The notes under the pieces were generated by a model. It saw only the letters and a program-made list of their open reading frames with translations, was not told the DNA's origin and made no database searches. Below, piece after piece: positions 1 to 8,435 of a stretch of 35,876 bases of DNA. The DNA is from a virus. Lineage: Duplodnaviria; Caudoviricetes. Both the position numbers and the translations under genes were made by a program. Positions within the stretch are counted from its first letter, which is position 1. The number at the start of each line of letters is the position of its first letter. Location: the IMG/VR virus record IMGVR_UViG_3300005512_000132, positions 1-35,876 of that record; one strand, written 5' to 3'.

Positions 1-2
1 AT

Positions 3-587
3 TTAGAGGTATACGATTTAGAGCGATTATTTAACGATCCGTTAGTTGTAGGATGGCTATCAGAAGCAGAACAAAAACTGCTATTCATGTTAATTGCATT
101 TTATTTCCGACCAGGTGAATCGATTTTAGATATTGGTTGTGGACGTGCAGATTTATATGGATTTCTACAAAATCGCGATTCTGTTGAAAATGTCAATTAC
201 GTAGGACTTGATTACAATCCTAATATTATTGAAATTGCAAAAAAGAAATATCCTGGAGTCGTTGCAATAACTGGCGACGCTTTAAATTTAGAACGTATTG
301 AAGAATATGATTGGGTAGTAGCTTCAGGAGCAATTAATCTTAAAGATTCGGACGATATGTTTTCATACGGCAAAAAATTAGTCGATGTAATGTACCATAA
401 ATGTAAAAAAGGAGTTGCATTTAATGTGCTAACTAGTATTCCTGAATCTGCATCTGACTCTGATAAAACCGCGCTTTATGTTCACGACCCAGCAAAATGG
501 TTAGAATATTTACTTAAAACATATAACAAAGTAATCTGTCGTTCAGATTACATGTTAGGAGATTGTACTTTTTACATTTTTAAATAA
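3..587 (+). CDS. Class I SAM-dependent methyltransferase (5'-truncated by window edge)
   Basis: Motif I ILDIGCGRADL, acidic motif II YVGLDYN, YDWVVASG. The frame is open from position 3 (LEVYDLERLFNDPLVVGWLSEAEQKLLFM...), so the true start probably lies upstream of the ATG at 87. Confidence 0.85.
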   Translation, partial: LEVYDLERLFNDPLVVGWLSEAEQKLLFMLIAFYFRPGESILDIGCGRADLYGFLQNRDSVENVNYVGLDYNPNIIEIAKKKYPGVVAITGDALNLERIEEYDWVVASGAINLKDSDDMFSYGKKLVDVMYHKCKKGVAFNVLTSIPESASDSDKTALYVHDPAKWLEYLLKTYNKVICRSDYMLGDCTFYIFK

Positions 588-604
588 CCCTTAATTTTTA
601 CGCT

Positions 605-928
605 ATGATTTTTATATACATTGCACTAATCGGAACAGTTGTATCTTTTATTTTACTTGCACGTCATATTTATAATCGAGACGTTAACGCATTAAATGAT
701 ATACTATATGAAAAAACTCGTACGATAGAAATTCTTCAAGATTATTCTACGGAATTAGAAAAAACTCGAGATTCGCTTAAGCGTCAGATAACAGATTTAC
801 AACAACAACTTGATTTAGCTATTTCAAAATTACAACTTGAACCGACAAACCGCAATGAAAAGCCAGCTACAACTTCATCTAGACGCCCTCGAAAAAGTAA
901 AAGCACTTCAAACGATTCAAACAAGTAA
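605..928 (+). CDS. Hypothetical membrane-anchored coiled-coil protein
   Basis: N-terminal hydrophobic helix (IFIYIALIGTVVSFILLA), heptad-like middle, basic low-complexity tail. Confidence 0.65.
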   Translation: MIFIYIALIGTVVSFILLARHIYNRDVNALNDILYEKTRTIEILQDYSTELEKTRDSLKRQITDLQQQLDLAISKLQLEPTNRNEKPATTSSRRPRKSKSTSNDSNK

Positions 929-1202
929 CAGTTTATCAGATTCTGTATTACAAATACTAACTGAATCTGATATAGATTTAAAATTTAGCAGCGTATCATA
1001 TACCGACTCGCAAAAAACTCAAGTAATCAATAAACTCTCACAAGTTGCAGAAACTTTAGCAGCTAAACCTAGTTTAGAAAATTTCAAAGAGTATTCGTTT
1101 ATCGTAACTACTTGCGCTCGTAAAATAGTCGATGAAGATCGATCGCTAACATTTGAAATGATTAATTTGCTTAACGATATTTATAAAAAATGCCAGCAAT
1201 GA
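855..1202 (+). CDS. Hypothetical protein
   Basis: ORF track 837..1202; first ATG at 855 (MKSQLQLHL); its TGA overlaps the next ATG (ATGA 1199-1202). Confidence 0.55.
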   Translation: MKSQLQLHLDALEKVKALQTIQTSNSLSDSVLQILTESDIDLKFSSVSYTDSQKTQVINKLSQVAETLAAKPSLENFKEYSFIVTTCARKIVDEDRSLTFEMINLLNDIYKKCQQ

Positions 1203-1426
1203 AACGACAACTTGTAGAATTTTTTATGTCGGTATTAACTGCTGAAGAATTTACTGAATTTCTAGAAATTTTAGATATTAACAATGAAGAAGCTCGATAT
1301 CTTAAATTGCGTGAATTTGTTTTCGAACAACATCGTTTTGACTCAATATCTAAACTCAATTTAGATCCAATTTGGTTAATGAAACAAGTAATAGTAACTA
1401 AACTTACAAAAAATGAATTTCAGTGA
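1199..1426 (+). CDS. Hypothetical protein
   Basis: ATGA coupling with the previous ORF favours a start at 1199 (MKRQLVEFF); overlaps the next gene start. Confidence 0.55.
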   Translation: MKRQLVEFFMSVLTAEEFTEFLEILDINNEEARYLKLREFVFEQHRFDSISKLNLDPIWLMKQVIVTKLTKNEFQ

Positions 1427-1856
1427 CTTTTTTATTTCAGTTGAAGACTATGACTTTTTTCAAAGTTTACCTAATTCAGAAAAAATACTTTTCGTATACG
1501 ATTTAATTTGTAACGAATCGTATGGTACAGGTAGCTCAGAATTGGAAAAAATGGATGCTGCTATTATTTCTACAGATTTAAGTAATTCATTTGATTTTAT
1601 TGATCAACTAAATTTAATGGTACGTAAATCTATAGATTTGAATGCCGATGTAAATGTATTTTTCATTAACAATTTTGTAATAATAAATTCAAATTATCGA
1701 TCGGAAATTCGAAGTACTGTCAATCAGTTATTTACAAATGGATTAGTTTTAGTTAAAATGCGACCTGGAAAATCTACATTGGATATCTTTAAACATCAGA
1801 AGCATTTATCTATATATCATATTGCTGGGCAGCACCATAAAATTTTTCAAAATTAA
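1413..1856 (+). CDS. Hypothetical protein
   Basis: 147-aa ORF in a tightly packed + strand run; no motif recognised. Confidence 0.6.
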   Translation: MNFSDFFISVEDYDFFQSLPNSEKILFVYDLICNESYGTGSSELEKMDAAIISTDLSNSFDFIDQLNLMVRKSIDLNADVNVFFINNFVIINSNYRSEIRSTVNQLFTNGLVLVKMRPGKSTLDIFKHQKHLSIYHIAGQHHKIFQN

Positions 1857-1857
1857 T

Positions 1858-1887
1858 TTTGTATTTTTGAAAATTTTCATATATTTA
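1858..1887 (+). promoter_or_regulatory. Bacteroidota-like promoter upstream of hsp20
   Basis: TTTG (1858-1861), 18 nt, TATATTTA (1880-1887); resembles Bacteroidota -33 TTTG / -7 TAnnTTTG; contains TTTTCATATATT shared with 5539 and 24281. Confidence 0.55.
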
Positions 1888-1952
1888 TAATTGTCAGCGC
1901 CTGTTGGGCTGATACCGTAATAGGTTTGTTTAACTATTAAATTTTAATTATT

Positions 1953-2417
1953 ATGTTACCATCTAAACGTTTACTTAACCATCGTGATGAATTTGTTTCG
2001 TCATTTGACCGGCTTTTTGATTCAATTATCAAAAGCAATTACCCTGATTTCCAAAGATCATTCGGGTTTGATTTTTTCGAAAAATCTAGTTATCCAAAAA
2101 TGAATGTAGCAGTTAAACCTGAAGGGGTTGATATTACTGCAGAAATTCCTGGATTGAACAAAGAAGATGTAAAAATCAAATTTGCTGAAGACGTTCTTAC
2201 TATTTCAGGTGATAAGAAATCAGAAGCTGAAGATTCTTCTGTAGTATATGTAATTCGAGAACTTAAACGATCTTCATTTTCTCGTAGCTTGAAATTTCAC
2301 CAGCCTGTACAGTCTGACAATATTAAAGCTTCGTTTAATGATGGCGTTTTAAAAATTTTCGCACCATGGGTTAAACCATCGGAAGCGCAAAGCGAAATTG
2401 AAGTTACTATCGAATAA
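1953..2417 (+). CDS. hsp20: Small heat shock protein, Hsp20/alpha-crystallin family
   Basis: YPKMNV...AEIPGLNKEDVKI...LTISGDK...SFSRSL...IKASFNDGVLKI alpha-crystallin motifs. Confidence 0.93.
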   Translation: MLPSKRLLNHRDEFVSSFDRLFDSIIKSNYPDFQRSFGFDFFEKSSYPKMNVAVKPEGVDITAEIPGLNKEDVKIKFAEDVLTISGDKKSEAEDSSVVYVIRELKRSSFSRSLKFHQPVQSDNIKASFNDGVLKIFAPWVKPSEAQSEIEVTIE

Positions 2418-2419
2418 TG

Positions 2420-2442
2420 AAAGGGGCTACGGCCCCTTTTTT
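2420..2442 (+). terminator. Rho-independent terminator
   Basis: AAAGGGGC-TACG-GCCCCTTTTTT: GC stem, UNCG tetraloop and U-tract directly after the hsp20 stop. Confidence 0.9.
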
Positions 2443-2453
2443 AAATACAAGTT

Positions 2454-2645
2454 ATGATTTCAAAATCTAGAAAGTTTATTCATTTTTCAGACGGAGTATA
2501 TGAAGTTCGTTATGTATTTTCTGAACTGTCTATACATTCAATATCTGAATTACAATTTTTTCTAGGCTGTGATATTGCATTACGAAAAGAAGGTAAAGTA
2601 TACTTTTGTGAAAAAGTGCAAGAAGCAGAAATTGTTGAAGATTGA
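2454..2645 (+). CDS. Small hypothetical protein
   Basis: 63-aa ORF filling the gap between the terminator and the uvsE promoter. Confidence 0.55.
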   Translation: MISKSRKFIHFSDGVYEVRYVFSELSIHSISELQFFLGCDIALRKEGKVYFCEKVQEAEIVED

Positions 2646-2677
2646 TTTGGTACTTTGATATGTTCTTCTTATATTTA
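2646..2677 (+). promoter_or_regulatory. Bacteroidota-like promoter upstream of uvsE
   Basis: TTTG (2646-2649), 20 nt, TATATTTA (2670-2677). Confidence 0.55.
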
Positions 2678-2694
2678 TGAACAATAATTAAATT

Positions 2695-3645
2695 ATGTAC
2701 AATCATTTAGGTTACGCTTGTATAAACATGACGCTTGGTAAGAAGCATATTCTGACCGGCCGGGCAATGCGCAAAGCAACGTTAGAGGCTAAAGGACTAT
2801 CCTTCGCTTCGAGCCTTGCTTTGCAAAATGCTCGCGACTTGTTAACTATACTAAAATGGAATTTAGAACATGATATATACTTTTTTCGCTTAGGTAGCGA
2901 CTTGTTCCCATGGGGTAACAAAGTTGATGTATATCAGTTTCCAGATATTGAAGAAATTAAATCGGTCTTGTTAGAGGCAGGTAATTTCGCTACTAAACAT
3001 AATATGCGTATTACTACTCATCCTGGACCTTTCAATTTACTCGCTTCTCCAAAAGAAGATGTAGTACAAAATACTATTCGAGATTTAGAAATGCATGCAC
3101 TGGTATTTGATTTTATGGGGCTGTCTCGAACTCCATATAACAAAATCAATATACATGTCGGTGCTACATACGGCGATAAAGAAACTGCAGCTGCTACATG
3201 GTGTAAAAACTTTCTCAGGCTATCGGAGGGTGTTCGTTCCCGTTTAACTGTTGAAAATGACGATAAAGCAAACATGTATTCAGTTTTAGATTTATATTAT
3301 CTAATTCATTCCAAAGTAGGCGTGCCTATAGTATTTGATTTTCATCATCATACTTTTTGCACTGGCGACTTATCCGCACATGATGCATTGGAATTAGCAG
3401 TATCAACTTGGCCTAAAGGCATTCGTCCTGCAACGCATTATTCAGAGTCAAAAGCATTACATGAGTCAAATGACAAGCTTAATCCTAGAGCGCATTCTGA
3501 TTACATCACTGGCGTTATTGATACTTTCGAATTCGACGTTGACGTTATGATTGAAGCTAAGGCTAAAGAGTTGGCTTTATTGCAATATCGAGTCGCTCAA
3601 GAAAAATTTTCGCAAAATCCAGCGGTTTTGTGTGAACAGCGATAA
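2695..3645 (+). CDS. uvsE: UV DNA damage repair endonuclease UvsE (UVDE)
   Basis: LGYACIN, FFRLGSDLFP, RITTHPGPF, INIHVG, RLTVENDDK, PIVFDFHHH, HYSES, RAHSD, MIEAKAKELA. Confidence 0.95.
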   Translation: MYNHLGYACINMTLGKKHILTGRAMRKATLEAKGLSFASSLALQNARDLLTILKWNLEHDIYFFRLGSDLFPWGNKVDVYQFPDIEEIKSVLLEAGNFATKHNMRITTHPGPFNLLASPKEDVVQNTIRDLEMHALVFDFMGLSRTPYNKINIHVGATYGDKETAAATWCKNFLRLSEGVRSRLTVENDDKANMYSVLDLYYLIHSKVGVPIVFDFHHHTFCTGDLSAHDALELAVSTWPKGIRPATHYSESKALHESNDKLNPRAHSDYITGVIDTFEFDVDVMIEAKAKELALLQYRVAQEKFSQNPAVLCEQR

Positions 3646-3746
3646 TTATTAATTTTTTATAATTATTATTATAATATTAATATATTATTTATTATTATAT
3701 TATTTATTATTATATTATTTATTTAAAATTTAAAATTTAAATTTAT
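3642..3746. repeat. 105-bp A/T-only tract with internal tandem repeats
   Basis: No G or C from 3642 to 3746; 15-mer TATATTATTTATTAT repeated about 2.9 times (3681-3723), then ATTTAAA about 3 times (3721-3741). Confidence 0.9.
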
Positions 3747-3924
3747 GCGTTATAAACAACATACATTAACAAAATTAGATGCTCAAGTTACTAAACTTCG
3801 TACTATTCAACGGGCATTATCTAACAGCGATATTACCGCTGCTGCTGTAATAGAGCGTCTTGAAATCGTTTGTAAAGAGTTAGAATTAATATCTGAAAGA
3901 TTAAATTTAGAGCCGAATGAATAA
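3745..3924 (+). CDS. Small helical hypothetical protein (59 aa; not in ORF track)
   Basis: Manual translation MRYKQHTLTKLDAQVTKLRTIQRALSNSDITAAAVIERLEIVCKELELISERLNLEPNE*; overlaps the ATG at 3917 and fills the gap. Confidence 0.65.
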   Translation: MRYKQHTLTKLDAQVTKLRTIQRALSNSDITAAAVIERLEIVCKELELISERLNLEPNE

Positions 3925-4963
3925 ATTCGCACTGAAAATTTTAATTGCTTTATTGGCATTATCATTAGCCGGTTGTGCGGCGTATTTTTCGGTAATTGGT
4001 CTTGCAAAATTATTTGCTGGCGCTGGCGTCGCTGTTGTTATTATGGCCGGCGTGTTAGAAGCTTCAAAATTAATTATAGCTTCGTTTCTACATAATCAAT
4101 GGAATGAAATTAACGGCTGGTTGCGAAGCTATTTGGTAATTGCTATAGTAATTATTGCTAGCATAACTTCAATTGGTATATATGGATATTTATCTGGAGC
4201 GTATCAAGCAACGAAATCGAAATACGATTTATCATTAACTGTTACAGACAGTTTAGAAACGCAAAAATCATATTATCAATCTTCAGCTACATTTTATCAA
4301 AATCAATTAAATTCAAAAAATTCGCAACTGACTTCATTAATTGAAATTCGTTCTCAACAAGATGCTCGCGCGACGCAATTGGTTAATCAGGAACGATCGT
4401 CATATAGCGCAGATCGATCTGCTAGAGAAACAAATAAATCAATTGAATCAATTACTTCAGAAATAGCTGTATTAAATGATAAAGTTATAGCTTATTCCGA
4501 CTCTGCTTCTAAAATGCAAGTGGCTATTACAAAAGTACAATTAGAATCGGATATATCTTCTGAATTAGGTTCTTTATCATACGTTTCGAAAATTTTAAAC
4601 GTTTCAATGGATTATGTCGTTAACATACTAATAATATTGTTCATGATTGTATTCGATCCTTTAGCAATTAGTATGGTGCTTGCATTTAATTCCTTATCAG
4701 ATAATAAATTGAATGAAGTTATTGAAAAAACCGAAGAGTCCGATTTACCTGATAATACCATTGTGCAACCTTCAGAAACCGACCTAGAACCTTCGGAACA
4801 AGATACGAATATAACAGAAGTAATTGAATCGCAACAAGATGAAATACGTGAATCTGATGAAGAAAAAAGTCGCAGACTTAAAGAAGAAGCTCGTTTGAAA
4901 CGTATTAATGAAAAACGTAAGCGTATACAAAATAATGCCGGCGGCGCTGTAAAAATTTACTAA
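3917..4963 (+). CDS. Multi-pass membrane protein with long coiled-coil loop
   Basis: Three N-terminal hydrophobic segments, a S/Q-rich coiled coil, a further TM segment (ILIILFMIVFDPLAISMVLAF) and a charged tail. Confidence 0.75.
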   Translation: MNKFALKILIALLALSLAGCAAYFSVIGLAKLFAGAGVAVVIMAGVLEASKLIIASFLHNQWNEINGWLRSYLVIAIVIIASITSIGIYGYLSGAYQATKSKYDLSLTVTDSLETQKSYYQSSATFYQNQLNSKNSQLTSLIEIRSQQDARATQLVNQERSSYSADRSARETNKSIESITSEIAVLNDKVIAYSDSASKMQVAITKVQLESDISSELGSLSYVSKILNVSMDYVVNILIILFMIVFDPLAISMVLAFNSLSDNKLNEVIEKTEESDLPDNTIVQPSETDLEPSEQDTNITEVIESQQDEIRESDEEKSRRLKEEARLKRINEKRKRIQNNAGGAVKIY

Positions 4964-4976
4964 TAAACAATAAGTT

Positions 4977-5528
4977 ATGAAACAAACAAAACTTCGTACG
5001 AAAAGAGTACCGAAGGCAGAAAGAAAATCTGCTTTTGCTACAAGAAAAGACGAACTAGGACAAATTTATATGATTTGTCAAAATTCCGTACCTAATGGAA
5101 AATATTGGCACGGGTCTGAATGTTTTCGATTTACTAAAGTCGGTGACGAAGCCGCTTCTGTATTATGTTGGTATTGTACAGAACGAATGACTGAGCCACC
5201 AGTAATACAGCGAGTAAAAGTTGATTCAGGCATGCCTCGAGGCTGGAAATTGAAATCTGTATTTGTACATACTGATGGGACAGTCTATCATAAAGGTGTT
5301 GAGCAGCCTGAATTAAAAGGAACTTTACCGGCTACGAAAATTGATAATACGCCTTCGAAAAAGAAAGTAAAATTAACAAGGCGACAGAAACAGGAACGAG
5401 CGCATACTTTAGGCGATGAAATTGCTACATTAAAAGCTCAGTTGTTTAGAGAAACGAGAAAAACGAAAAAAGCTGTATTAATGAAGGAGATTTCTAAATT
5501 GAATCGCGAGCTGAAAAAAGTTTTGTAA
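4977..5528 (+). CDS. Basic hypothetical protein, possible Zn-binding
   Basis: Cys residues (ICQN, ECFR, LCWYC); K/R-rich termini. Confidence 0.65.
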   Translation: MKQTKLRTKRVPKAERKSAFATRKDELGQIYMICQNSVPNGKYWHGSECFRFTKVGDEAASVLCWYCTERMTEPPVIQRVKVDSGMPRGWKLKSVFVHTDGTVYHKGVEQPELKGTLPATKIDNTPSKKKVKLTRRQKQERAHTLGDEIATLKAQLFRETRKTKKAVLMKEISKLNRELKKVL

Positions 5529-5552
5529 TTTGAAATAATTTTCATATATTAC
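5522..5552 (+). promoter_or_regulatory. Bacteroidota-like promoter upstream of the clpP-HD-sigma operon
   Basis: TTTG (5522-5525), 19 nt, TATATTAC (5545-5552); TTTTCATATATT at 5539-5550. Confidence 0.5.
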
Positions 5553-5569
5553 AGTATAAATTTAACTAT

Positions 5570-6196
5570 ATGAGTAAGAAACATACAATTAATTCGTTAT
5601 ATGATGACGATCCGAAAACGAAAAAATATATCAAGCCAGAAGAAGATTCTGATTTAGAATTGTATCGCGAAATTGAATTTGGATTTAGTGTCGACGATTC
5701 GTTAATTTACTTTCATGGAGATGTAATGTTAGGTAATTTATTTGACATAGTTTCAAAATGTCGAGTGATATTACAAAATCGAGAAGAAAATGATACGTCT
5801 CCAATTACTATTTTAATTAACTCTAACGGAGGTGATGTATACGAAGCGTTAGGTATTATTGATTACATTCAAACTTTATCTGTACCTGTCAATGTTATTG
5901 CAAGAGGCCGTGCAATGTCAGCAGCAGCATTAATTTTATGTTGCGCAACTGGAATTCGAGCAGCTTCGAAAAATACCACTATTATGGTGCATGAAGCGTC
6001 TGCAGAAATTTTTGGTAAATCAGGAGATATCAAAGCAAATGCTGATCATATTGATATTTTAGAAGAAGAATTTTACAAACTTCTAGCTTCAAAATCAAAA
6101 CATGACGAAGAATTTTGGAGAAAAGCTTGCAGAAAAGATTTTTATATGACAGCTGAAAAAGCATTAGAATTAGGATTAATCGATAAAATAATTTAA
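5570..6196 (+). CDS. clpP: ClpP-like serine protease (peptidase S14)
   Basis: PITILINSNGGDVYEALGIIDYI, GRAMSAA (catalytic Ser), MVHEAS (His), KDFYMTAEKALELGLID (Asp). Confidence 0.9.
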   Translation: MSKKHTINSLYDDDPKTKKYIKPEEDSDLELYREIEFGFSVDDSLIYFHGDVMLGNLFDIVSKCRVILQNREENDTSPITILINSNGGDVYEALGIIDYIQTLSVPVNVIARGRAMSAAALILCCATGIRAASKNTTIMVHEASAEIFGKSGDIKANADHIDILEEEFYKLLASKSKHDEEFWRKACRKDFYMTAEKALELGLIDKII

Positions 6197-6198
6197 TT

Positions 6199-6948
6199 AT
6201 GAACAATATGACAGAAAGAGAATTAGACCAACAATGGTCATTATTAATGGAAACCATTGACTTGTATGTTACAGGTGACCGAAAAGACAAACTAATTAGT
6301 TTATACGAATCGTTAGCAGATCGAATTTGCACAGCACCTGCGTCATCGCATAGCACTCGTCACAATTGCTTTCCAGGTGGATATTTAGATCATGTTAATC
6401 GAGTAGTTCGAACTGCAATTAAATTGTATCACGTTTGGCAGGATGAAGGAGCTGATGTAACAAAATATACTTTAGAAGAAGTAGTATTTTCAGCACTAAA
6501 TCATGATTTAGGTAAAGTTGGTTCAAAAGAAGAAGAATATTACATTCCAAACGATTCTGATTGGCACGTTAAGCGCGGACAAATTTATAAAATCAATCCG
6601 AATTTACAATATATGAAAGTGCCAGATCGAAGTATATTTTTACTACAGCAACATGGCGTTTCATTTTCTGAAAATGAATATTTAGCAATTAAATTGCATG
6701 ATGGATTGTATGCTAAAGGAAATGAATCGTATTTAATGGCCGGTCTACCTGAATTTTCATTGAAAACGGATTTGCCGATATTAATTCATCATGCAGATCA
6801 TTTAGCTACGTTAATTGAATCTGCGCAACATACCAAGTCAGATTTTATTGTAGCTAAACCGGCAATGAAAACAAAAATGACAAACGTTAACAATCCTAAA
6901 GTTGACGACTCTCTTAAAAATGCATTATCTAATATATTCGGAGAATGA
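6199..6948 (+). CDS. HD-domain phosphohydrolase (YhaM-like HD domain)
   Basis: PASS...HNCFPGGYLDHV, LNHDLGK, AIKLHDG, HHADH. Confidence 0.85.
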   Translation: MNNMTERELDQQWSLLMETIDLYVTGDRKDKLISLYESLADRICTAPASSHSTRHNCFPGGYLDHVNRVVRTAIKLYHVWQDEGADVTKYTLEEVVFSALNHDLGKVGSKEEEYYIPNDSDWHVKRGQIYKINPNLQYMKVPDRSIFLLQQHGVSFSENEYLAIKLHDGLYAKGNESYLMAGLPEFSLKTDLPILIHHADHLATLIESAQHTKSDFIVAKPAMKTKMTNVNNPKVDDSLKNALSNIFGE

Positions 6949-7256
6949 TGATTACATTAATATTGTTATTTATTAGTTCAGTCGCTGCAGTTTTTTTATT
7001 ATTTAGAAGTTTGTTGCTAATTAAAGAAGTCGAGCGTTTAGAAGAAGAAGTACAATACTTTGAAGAAAGTATATATGTATTCAAAGATAGATTAATGCAA
7101 GCTCAAATACGAATGAAAGAAATTGACATTCGCGGAGCTTTTGAGTCTGATGACGAAGTTGGATATACATTTAAAGAGTTACAGGAAATTGTCGATGACA
7201 CAAATAAATTTATAGCGCAATTATATGAACGAGACGATAGAAACACCGAAGCGTAA
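6945..7256 (+). CDS. Membrane-anchored hypothetical protein
   Basis: N-terminal TM helix, coiled coil, GAFESDDEVG; overlaps both neighbours. Confidence 0.7.
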   Translation: MMITLILLFISSVAAVFLLFRSLLLIKEVERLEEEVQYFEESIYVFKDRLMQAQIRMKEIDIRGAFESDDEVGYTFKELQEIVDDTNKFIAQLYERDDRNTEA

Positions 7257-7971
7257 AAAATCTAAGAATTATTTTACAAAAGAAACTGAAGATGCAATAT
7301 TGTTGTTTAATCAATTAGAAGATGTATCTGAGCGAAACAAATTGTATGATGAAAAAATATGCTATGCGTTTGAAAAGCTAGCTGAAAATATAATTCATAC
7401 TTTTAAGTTTTATTATTTTGATATACCATATGAAGATGTTAAACATGAAGTCGTTGCATTTTTAAATGAAAAGATTCATAAATATACAGATCCTAGCAAA
7501 GGTAAAGCATTTTCATATTTTTCAATAGTAGCTAAGAATTATTTAATTAATCATAATAATACTAACTACGATACACAAAAAAATACAGAAGCGGCTGAAT
7601 TAATTGATGAATCGCGAAATGTTATTAATGAAGTAGCTCGTTACGAAGACGTTGAAGAAAAAAGTGAATTCATGGATTTATTTGTTAAATACATGGATAA
7701 AAATTTACCTTTATTTTTCAAAAAACAAACCGATTTAGCAATTGCTGATTCGCTTATTGAATTGTTTCGCACTAGAAAAAATATCGAAAATTTCAATAAA
7801 AAAGCTTTGTATATTTTAATTCGAGAGCGAACCGGAGTTAAGACTCAATACATAACCCGAGTTGTACAAATCATGAAAGAGTTATATACAGAAGCGTATA
7901 TTCGATATCGTGATAAAGGCGTTGTTCATATAGATTTAACAAAGTATAAAAAATCTGAATTCCTTGAGTAA
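7225..7971 (+). CDS. Phage sigma factor, T4 gp55-like (late transcription)
   Basis: KNYFT...AFEKLAENII...KIHKYTDPSKGKAFSYFSIVAKNYLI resembles the sigma region 2 of gp55-like proteins (FDP-K-K-FAYF). Confidence 0.7.
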   Translation: MNETIETPKRKKSKNYFTKETEDAILLFNQLEDVSERNKLYDEKICYAFEKLAENIIHTFKFYYFDIPYEDVKHEVVAFLNEKIHKYTDPSKGKAFSYFSIVAKNYLINHNNTNYDTQKNTEAAELIDESRNVINEVARYEDVEEKSEFMDLFVKYMDKNLPLFFKKQTDLAIADSLIELFRTRKNIENFNKKALYILIRERTGVKTQYITRVVQIMKELYTEAYIRYRDKGVVHIDLTKYKKSEFLE

Positions 7972-7974
7972 ATA

Positions 7975-7984
7975 CATATTTATT
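7975..7984 (+). promoter_or_regulatory. Putative late promoter motif (CATATTTATT)
   Basis: NATATTTATT motif recurring shortly upstream of structural genes; 13 nt before the ATG at 7998. Confidence 0.55.
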
Positions 7985-7997
7985 TATAAAAGGATTT

Positions 7998-8435
7998 ATG
8001 GCAAACTTTGAAATTGAAATTTTTAAGGGTAAAAGTTTTTCAGGCTTAATGAAAGACATTTACTCTAATAGCTCGAAAAAAGATCGACAAATAAATTTAC
8101 TAATTGCTGAATTAAAACCTTTAATTAAAAATGTAGGCGATGCTACAATCATCGTACCGTTAATTAAAGAATATTTAGAAGTTAGTGTGAAAAATGATGA
8201 ACATTTAGTGAAACTAGCTGCTGTCGTTCAGCGGTTAGTTTCAACACAATCTAGAGTTCAAGCAGATACTGGTGCAGATTGGATATTATCTGAAGAAGAA
8301 AAGAAACAGCTTTTGGCAGAATTAGATGAATTAGATGAGTCAGAAAAAACTATTAATCAGAAAGTTGCTGATTTAACTTCTAAACAAGATTCAATTGAAT
8401 CTGAAATTAATGATATTCAAGACGGTTTAGTATAA
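7998..8435 (+). CDS. Helical phage hypothetical protein
   Basis: 145-aa ORF after a late motif; coupled (TAATG) to the baseplate gene. Confidence 0.7.
   Translation: MANFEIEIFKGKSFSGLMKDIYSNSSKKDRQINLLIAELKPLIKNVGDATIIVPLIKEYLEVSVKNDEHLVKLAAVVQRLVSTQSRVQADTGADWILSEEEKKQLLAELDELDESEKTINQKVADLTSKQDSIESEINDIQDGLV

Noticed and set aside
605-1202. Overlapping TM coiled-coil ORF and next ORF as an i-spanin/o-spanin pair
   Set aside because: The second ORF has no signal peptide or lipobox cysteine.
3681-3741. Repeats as a CRISPR array
   Set aside because: Directly tandem low-complexity units without spacers; no cas genes in the window.
7998-8435. Terminase small subunit call
   Set aside because: Size and helical nature fit, but no diagnostic motif and no large subunit nearby.
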